The notes under the pieces: model-generated
Seen by the model: the letters and a program-made list of their open reading frames with translations, nothing else
Databases searched by the model: none
Told to the model about the DNA's origin: nothing
Position numbers and translations under genes: made by a program
Shown here: in pieces, positions 51,145 through 57,206 of the stretch
Layout of the letters: each line of letters starts with the position of its first letter
Numbering within the stretch: position 1 is the first letter of the stretch
NCBI GenBank assembly: GCA_037443545.1
Contig: JBBIOD010000007.1
Span: 5,623 to 62,828, forward strand
Direction: 5' to 3'
DNA from: Ignavibacteriales bacterium
GTDB lineage: Bacteria > Bacteroidota > Ignavibacteria > UBA10030 > BY39
DNA: 57,206 nt

Positions 51145-52257
51145 ATGAAAATTATCCTTGTCGGTACAGCTTATCCTTTCCGCGGTGGAATTGCTCATTT
51201 CAATTCGTTACTCGCTCAATACCTGATAAAAAATCACGAGGTCGAAATAATCACTTTCACACGGCAGTATCCGAAACTTCTTTTCCCCGGTAAAACACAA
51301 AACGAAATCGGCGGAGAATCACCCGCTGTTCCTGTTAATCAGTTGATCGATTCTATCAATCCTATTAATTGGTTAAGAGTAGCAAAAGAAATCCGAAAAC
51401 AAAAACCCGATTTACTGATATTTAAATATTGGCTTCCCTTTTTCGGACCTTGCTTTGGAACTATCGCTAAATATGCAAAGAGGAATTCACAAACAAAAGT
51501 TTTATTCATTTGCGATAATGTAATTCCTCACGAACGACGTCCTGGAGATATTACTTTCACCAAATACGCATTTAAACAATCCGATTATTTTATAGTCCAA
51601 TCAAAATCTGTTGAAACCGACCTCCTCTCCATTTTCCCTAATGCAAAATATAAATTGGCGCCGCATCCTGTTTACGAAATCTTCGGTTCAGTCGTTGATA
51701 AAAATGAAGCACGAAAAATATTAAATATCAATTCCGAAAAAGTAATTTTGTTCTTCGGTTATGTTCGTCAATACAAAGGACTGATGGTTTTATTGGATAC
51801 GGTGAGCAAGATTTCGGATTTGACTTTATTGGTTGTCGGAGAATTTTATGATGATGAAAACAAATACCTTAACCGTGTGAAAGAATTACAGATCGAAAAT
51901 TATGTTCGATTCGTTTCTGACTACGTACCGAACGACAAAGTAAACACCTATTTTTCAGCCGCCGATGTTGTGGTGCTTCCATATTTGTCGGCGACGCAAA
52001 GCGGCATCACTCAAATAGCATATAACTTTAATAAACCTGTAATTGCGACGGATGTTGGCGGACTTGCCGAGGTTGTGCTCGATGGAAAAACAGGATTTAT
52101 CGTTCCACCAAACGATCCAATAACTCTTACCAATGCTATCACTAAATTCTACACTGAGAACAAAGAAAAAGAATTTTCCGACAATGTGAAGGTTGAAAAG
52201 AAAAAATATTCGTGGGACAATTTTGTGAAAACAATTGAAGACTTTTTTCTATTATGA
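51145..52257 (+). CDS. Glycosyltransferase family 4 (GT-B fold)
   Basis: The C-terminal half shows ADVVVLPY...SGITQIAYNFNKPVIATDVGGLAEVV.DGKTGFIV (EX7E-type region). Confidence 0.85.
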   Translation: MKIILVGTAYPFRGGIAHFNSLLAQYLIKNHEVEIITFTRQYPKLLFPGKTQNEIGGESPAVPVNQLIDSINPINWLRVAKEIRKQKPDLLIFKYWLPFFGPCFGTIAKYAKRNSQTKVLFICDNVIPHERRPGDITFTKYAFKQSDYFIVQSKSVETDLLSIFPNAKYKLAPHPVYEIFGSVVDKNEARKILNINSEKVILFFGYVRQYKGLMVLLDTVSKISDLTLLVVGEFYDDENKYLNRVKELQIENYVRFVSDYVPNDKVNTYFSAADVVVLPYLSATQSGITQIAYNFNKPVIATDVGGLAEVVLDGKTGFIVPPNDPITLTNAITKFYTENKEKEFSDNVKVEKKKYSWDNFVKTIEDFFLL

Positions 52258-53156
52258 ATAATTTGCCGAAACATTGCCCGGTGTGTCATTCAAACAACAT
52301 TCACACTAAACCTTTCGGATATAATTTTAATACGAAGTGGTTAGGGGGTTATGAATGCAGAAAGTGTGCTGTAATTTTTATACATCCGCAGCCGACGCAA
52401 GAAGAGCTTAAGCAATTATATTCAAAAGAATATTTTGAAGGAGATTTTAGGTGCGGTCATGCAGGAAGTTATTTTGACGATGCAACTGCTGGCGAATTAA
52501 GCGACGTTAGTTTTATAAAAAAAATAAAACAATATAAAAATAAAGGTAAGTTACTCGAAATCGGTTGTGCGGGCGGCATATTTTTAAACGCCGCACGTAA
52601 TGAGGGCTACGATGTGTGTGGAGTTGAGTATTCGAATGATGCAGCTGAGCTCGCACGAAAAAAATTCAATCTCGATGTTATTACTGGTGAACTGAAAGAA
52701 GGAATGTTTCAACTTGAAACTTTCGATATTATTTTCATGGGAGATGTTATTGAACATTTACCAGACCCAATGCATACTCTGAAATTGATTAATTCAATTT
52801 TGAAGATATCCGGAATACTTGTAATTGTATGTCCGATGCAAACTAACACTATCTTTTCCCGCATTGGCTTTAAGGTATATGAAACACTAAAAAAGAAGGC
52901 GACCGTAGGTTTACCTCCATATCATTTGTTTGAATATCGCCCTAATAGTTTATCTTGGCTATTTCAAAACGCAAGTTTCAAAATTATTAAAATGGACCAA
53001 TCAATAATCCCACCCGCTAAGATTTCTCTGCGTGGACCCATTTCTCAACGCGTTTTTAAAAAAGTTTTTCAATATCCAAACTATATGCTTACAAAAGTTT
53101 TGAACCGTTTCGGTGATCGCGTCGAAGTATTTGCGGTGAAGGAAAAAAATATATAA
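52254..53156 (+). CDS. Class I SAM-dependent methyltransferase with an N-terminal zinc-ribbon
   Basis: CPVCHS...CRKC at the N-terminus, LLEIGCAGGIF (motif I) and FMGDVIEHLPDP. Confidence 0.85.
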   Translation: MNNLPKHCPVCHSNNIHTKPFGYNFNTKWLGGYECRKCAVIFIHPQPTQEELKQLYSKEYFEGDFRCGHAGSYFDDATAGELSDVSFIKKIKQYKNKGKLLEIGCAGGIFLNAARNEGYDVCGVEYSNDAAELARKKFNLDVITGELKEGMFQLETFDIIFMGDVIEHLPDPMHTLKLINSILKISGILVIVCPMQTNTIFSRIGFKVYETLKKKATVGLPPYHLFEYRPNSLSWLFQNASFKIIKMDQSIIPPAKISLRGPISQRVFKKVFQYPNYMLTKVLNRFGDRVEVFAVKEKNI

Positions 53157-53163
53157 ATGATTT

Positions 53164-53940
53164 ATGCTTGAAATTACAGACCACGACAAGAAATACTGGC
53201 AATATGAATATGATGTTGTTGCAAAATATTTGTTGCCATTATTGAAAGAGTGGGGGATGAATACAAAAGGCATATTTCTTTTAGATGTCGGCTGTGGCGA
53301 CGGTGGCGGAGTTTCTGCGTTTTATGATGCCGGATTTGTTTGTAAAGGGTTCGATATTGAAACTCGACGCGTCGAGCTTGCGAATGCTATGCGTGGCTCC
53401 AGAGATTTCGAGATGGTATATGGCAACATATTTGATGAAGACTTTCCATATTTTAAAGAGCGATTCGACCTCATTGTATTGCACGATGTATTTGAACATC
53501 TAGAGAAAAAAGAATTAGTTTTAGAAAAATTAAACAACTGTTTAAATTCCGACGGTAGAATTTTAATAACATTCCCCCCTTACTATTCAGCCTATGGCGC
53601 TCACCAACAACTCTTAAAATCTAGAATTGGCAAGTTTCCCTTTTTTCATCTTCTTCCTTTTACCATCTCTTCATTGATTGATAAATGCCCGAACGAAGAA
53701 AAATCATTTGTTGAGGAGATAAAAAAACTCGCATCGTTAAAAATGGGAATACACAAATTCGAAAAGCTACTGGAGAGTTGCGGTTTATCCGTTGAGCACG
53801 TTCGAAAATATATAATCGGACCGAATCACATTCGTTTCGGACTTAAACCCATCAGTGCTGGATGGTTTGGAAATATTCCAATTTTAAACGAACTTATATT
53901 AAGTGGCGTTATTTATCTATTAAAAAGTAAAACAAAATGA
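53164..53940 (+). CDS. Class I SAM-dependent methyltransferase
   Basis: LLDVGCGDGGG (motif I) and VLHDVFEHLEKK. Confidence 0.8.
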   Translation: MLEITDHDKKYWQYEYDVVAKYLLPLLKEWGMNTKGIFLLDVGCGDGGGVSAFYDAGFVCKGFDIETRRVELANAMRGSRDFEMVYGNIFDEDFPYFKERFDLIVLHDVFEHLEKKELVLEKLNNCLNSDGRILITFPPYYSAYGAHQQLLKSRIGKFPFFHLLPFTISSLIDKCPNEEKSFVEEIKKLASLKMGIHKFEKLLESCGLSVEHVRKYIIGPNHIRFGLKPISAGWFGNIPILNELILSGVIYLLKSKTK

Positions 53941-55043
53941 AAATAGCTATAGTATTCGGAACAAGACCCGAAGCCATTAAGATGGCTCCGATTGTAAAAG
54001 AATGTGAAAAACGAAAATTAGACTTTGTTACCATAGTAACTGCTCAACATCGCGAAATGTTAGACCAGAAGTTAGAGGTTTTCGGCATCGTACCAGATTA
54101 TGATTTAGATATAATGCAAGCAAATCAGGATTTGTTTTATGTAACTTCGAGTGTCATCAACGAAATGAAGCCTATCCTAATGAAAGAAAAACCTGATGTA
54201 ATTTTAGTGCAGGGCGATACTACAACCACTTTCGCAACAAGCCTTGCAGCTTTTTATTTAAAAATACCAGTGGGACATGTTGAAGCTGGTTTACGAACTT
54301 GGAATAAATACAATCCGTTTCCAGAAGAAATAAATCGGCAGCTTACTACACGATTAGCTGATTTTCACTTCGCGCCGACTGAATGGTCGAAGAATAATTT
54401 AATCAACGAAGGTGTTGATATTTCTAAAATCTTTGTAACAGGCAATACTGTCATCGATGCGTTACTTATGATAGTCGATCCAAATTTTCAATTTGAAGAA
54501 AAGTTGTTGAATGAAATTGATTATAAAAACCGTAAGGTAATATTACTGACCTCACATCGGCGTGAAAATTTTGGTGAACCGATGAGCCAAACTTTTTCTG
54601 CATGTCGACATTTAGTCGAAACAAATCCAGATGTCGAATTAATTTACCCCGTACACCCAAATCCAAACGTCCAGAAAATGGCAAACGAAGTTTTTAAAAG
54701 CGCCGAACGGATACGTCTCATTGAGCCACTCGATTATCGCCCGTTCGTTCAACTGATGAACAAAGCATACTTAATAATGACCGATTCAGGCGGTGTGCAA
54801 GAAGAAGCTCCTTCGTTAGGCAAACCAGTACTCGTTTTACGCAAAACAACAGAACGTCCCGAAGCTATTGAAGTCGGAACGGCAAAACTTGTTGGGACAG
54901 ACAAAGAAATGATAATAAATGAAGCTCAACGATTACTTTCGGATAAAACCGCTTATCTCGAAATGTCCACCAAAGCCAACCCATACGGCGACGGGAAAGC
55001 TGCTGAAAGAATCATTGACATCATTTTAGAAAAACTTAGCTGA
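53937..55043 (+). CDS. wecB: UDP-N-acetylglucosamine 2-epimerase (non-hydrolysing)
   Basis: VFGTRPEAIKMAP, VQGDTTT, GHVEAGLRT, HRREN, DSGGVQEEAPSLGKPVLVLR and TERPE motifs. Confidence 0.95.
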   Translation: MKIAIVFGTRPEAIKMAPIVKECEKRKLDFVTIVTAQHREMLDQKLEVFGIVPDYDLDIMQANQDLFYVTSSVINEMKPILMKEKPDVILVQGDTTTTFATSLAAFYLKIPVGHVEAGLRTWNKYNPFPEEINRQLTTRLADFHFAPTEWSKNNLINEGVDISKIFVTGNTVIDALLMIVDPNFQFEEKLLNEIDYKNRKVILLTSHRRENFGEPMSQTFSACRHLVETNPDVELIYPVHPNPNVQKMANEVFKSAERIRLIEPLDYRPFVQLMNKAYLIMTDSGGVQEEAPSLGKPVLVLRKTTERPEAIEVGTAKLVGTDKEMIINEAQRLLSDKTAYLEMSTKANPYGDGKAAERIIDIILEKLS

Positions 55044-55046
55044 TCG

Positions 55047-55880
55047 ATGTCCGATAAGCCACTCGTATATATAATCGTTTTAACATGGAACGGTAAGGAG
55101 GACACTATCGAATGCTTGAATTCGCTGAAAAAAGTTATATACGATAACTTTAAATTGCTGGTCGTAGATAATGCTTCGTCCGACGGAACCAAGGAAGAAG
55201 TACAAAAACAATTTTCTGACGTGGAATATATTCTTAACGCAACTAACTTACGGTTTGCCGGTGGAAATAACGTCGGAATCGAATACGCTCTCTCGAAAAA
55301 TGCTGACTACACTTTATTACTAAATAATGATACAACGGTTGACCCTAATTTTCTCGCCGAACTCGTTACAACAGCAGAATCAGACAATCAAATTGGAATC
55401 GTTGGACCAAAAATGTATTATTACAACGAGCCGCATCGAATTTGGTATGCCGGCGGAAAAATCGAATGGTGGAAGGGCTGGATTTCTCACATAGGCGTTC
55501 GAGAAATTGATAATGGACAGTATGATCAAACAAAAGGAACTGATTTTGTCTCCGGCTGTTGTATATTAGTAAAGCGAGAAGTTGTTGAAAAAGTTGGGAT
55601 GCTCGACACTGCTTATTATATTTACGGTGAAGATGTCGATTGGTGTGCCCGCGCGTCTCGGGCAGGTTTTCAGATTATCTTCGAACCAACGGCGAAAATC
55701 TGGCATAAATTATCAGTCAGTACAGGCGGACATTTATCGTGGTTTAAGAACAAAAACAAACTGAAAAGTCAATTAAAATTGATGTCGCGATACGCAAATT
55801 GGTATAACTGGTTAACAATTCCTTGTGGGATGATTTTTTTTGCGATTAAGGGCTTTTTAAATTCTTCAAAAAAATATTGA
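55047..55880 (+). CDS. Glycosyltransferase family 2 (rhamnosyltransferase-like, soluble)
   Basis: YIIVLTWNG...VVDNASSDGT...LLNNDT...YGEDVDWCARA. Confidence 0.85.
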   Translation: MSDKPLVYIIVLTWNGKEDTIECLNSLKKVIYDNFKLLVVDNASSDGTKEEVQKQFSDVEYILNATNLRFAGGNNVGIEYALSKNADYTLLLNNDTTVDPNFLAELVTTAESDNQIGIVGPKMYYYNEPHRIWYAGGKIEWWKGWISHIGVREIDNGQYDQTKGTDFVSGCCILVKREVVEKVGMLDTAYYIYGEDVDWCARASRAGFQIIFEPTAKIWHKLSVSTGGHLSWFKNKNKLKSQLKLMSRYANWYNWLTIPCGMIFFAIKGFLNSSKKY

Positions 55881-55881
55881 A

Positions 55882-57206
55882 ATGCCCAGTCAAACAAAAA
55901 AAATAACATTTGATACCGCCGCCATCTTTGTGGGAAAATTTTTAGGTTTGTTATTCGGGATTGTCCGTCTAAATTACCTCGCAACATATCTGGCTGTTGG
56001 CAGCTTTGGTATTCTTAATTTTGCACTCTTCTTTTGTTCAATTTTTATTGTATTATTCGACCTCGGACTTTCTCAGATAATAATCAGGGACATTGCGCGG
56101 AACAACCAAAAAAGCCTGGCTGCAATCGGACGAACATTAATTTTAAAAATTATAATCGTTTTTATCGCCAGTCTTTTTGTCGGAAGCATTGGCTTTTTTT
56201 CTACTTTCGACAGTGTTACTAATTGGGCAATCTTACTTACTACCGGCGCTTTTGCTTTAAACGGTCTTTCAATGGTACTACTAAGCGCATTTCAGGCACA
56301 TCGGATGATGAAGTTCGTTTCTGTTGTCACTGTAGTAACCGAATTAATAAATTCAATAATCATCATTTTACTCATCCAAAAGTACCCCTTTGTTGTAACT
56401 GCCCTTTTAGTTACCCTTTCTATTTCCTTATTAAATTTTATTTTCCTTTTATGGATATACCGGAAGAAAATTGGTATACCCGAATATACAGTTGATAAAA
56501 CTTATTGGAAGGATCTATTGAAACAAAGCACACCAATCGCAATAGGTTCTTTGGGAATATCTATCTATACTTTTATCGGAGCTACCATATTGAAATATTC
56601 CCATGGAGATTATGAGGTAGGAATTTATAGTTCGGCTTTTAAAATACTCTCGATCCTCACACTGATTCCGGCTTCATTTAATCAGGTTGTGTATCCTATA
56701 TTTTCAGATTTTTTTATTTCATCAAAGAACAAATTAGCAAAAGCTTTGACAGATTCGACAAGAGTCCTAGCTCATATTTCTTTTCCTGTGGCAGCCGGCG
56801 GCATACTGCTTGCCCCAAAAATATTCAGTATTTTATATCCCCCTGATTTCGCTGAAGGAATATTTGTTTTCCAAATATTAATTTCCGGGATTTCTATCGG
56901 ATACCTAAACTGGATTATGTATGGATATTTATTATCTATCAACAGGCAAACGTTTACTATGATAACATCGTTAATTGCCGCAGTCGTTGCTATAATCACC
57001 GGAATTATTTTTATTCCTGCCTATGGATACATTTTTGTAGCATTTATGAGTGTTGGAATTGAGATCATATTGTTTACAACCCAGTATTATTATTTAACCA
57101 GGATTGGTTTTTCGCCGATAAAAGTACTCTTTCTGTCAAAGACAATATTTTCCACTATTGTAATGTCTATTAGCATTATATTACTTTCTGATTTACATAT
57201 TGTATA
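55882..57206 (+). CDS. Wzx-like polysaccharide flippase (MOP superfamily), partial; runs off the window end
   Basis: The frame is open from the ATG at 55882 to the window end, so it is not in the ORF track. The translation is MPSQTKKITFDTAAIFVGKFLGLLFGIVRLNYLATYL..., with about 12 hydrophobic helices typical of O-unit flippases. Confidence 0.75.
   Translation, partial: MPSQTKKITFDTAAIFVGKFLGLLFGIVRLNYLATYLAVGSFGILNFALFFCSIFIVLFDLGLSQIIIRDIARNNQKSLAAIGRTLILKIIIVFIASLFVGSIGFFSTFDSVTNWAILLTTGAFALNGLSMVLLSAFQAHRMMKFVSVVTVVTELINSIIIILLIQKYPFVVTALLVTLSISLLNFIFLLWIYRKKIGIPEYTVDKTYWKDLLKQSTPIAIGSLGISIYTFIGATILKYSHGDYEVGIYSSAFKILSILTLIPASFNQVVYPIFSDFFISSKNKLAKALTDSTRVLAHISFPVAAGGILLAPKIFSILYPPDFAEGIFVFQILISGISIGYLNWIMYGYLLSINRQTFTMITSLIAAVVAIITGIIFIPAYGYIFVAFMSVGIEIILFTTQYYYLTRIGFSPIKVLFLSKTIFSTIVMSISIILLSDLHIV

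Overview
This 57.2-kb window is AT-rich chromosomal DNA from a diderm bacterium. It looks like the FCB group (Ignavibacteria/Bacteroidota-like). I infer that only from gene content: a T9SS-type C-terminal sorting domain, Reg_prop/Y_Y_Y propeller sensors, futalosine-pathway MqnA, KdsB/AsmA envelope genes, and a long S16. I found no rRNA, tRNA, CRISPR array, transposase or integrase by eye.

Gene content by region:
- 1-9.7 kb (minus strand): a partial secreted parallel beta-helix repeat protein, a NarL/LuxR response regulator, a propeller-type sensor kinase, oligopeptidase B and recN.
- 9.7-20.2 kb: a SagB-like nitroreductase, then the conserved ffh-rpsP-KH-rimM-trmD-rplS string translationally coupled to mqnA. 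This is followed by a GT2, a T9SS propeller protein, ribH, a PHP phosphoesterase and a Crp/Fnr regulator.
- 20.3-24.1 kb (plus strand): lemA, an M48 peptidase, queF, a small membrane ORF and cysS.
- 24.1-35.1 kb: intact housekeeping genes (pepT, prfC, arsC, pyrG) interleaved with four decayed accessory genes. These are an alpha-2-macroglobulin/MG2 remnant, an ABC-2 permease carrying an in-frame TGA and a homopolymer frameshift, a 5'-truncated hybrid histidine kinase, and an ArsR remnant. An intact NfrA/NfrB-like synthase-dependent exopolysaccharide operon ending in a stand-alone receiver domain also lies here.
- 36.7-45.6 kb: envelope genes (DUF502, kdsB, plsC, PAP2, mgtE, rsmA, asmA).
- 45.7-57.2 kb: a tightly packed operon of at least 10 glycan genes. 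The order is GT2, Cys-rich GT9, YfhO, GT2, GT4, two methyltransferases, wecB, GT2 and a partial Wzx-like flippase.

The observations I rate most worth follow-up are:
- the NfrAB-like operon, where a CheY-like receiver sits where E. coli NfrB carries its c-di-GMP domain;
- the YfhO-centred glycosylation operon in a diderm;
- the cluster of pseudogenes and a head-to-head truncation junction;
- an exact 55-nt repeat that starts on base 1 of the window.

All functional calls come from reading the translations and recalling family motifs. No database search was run.
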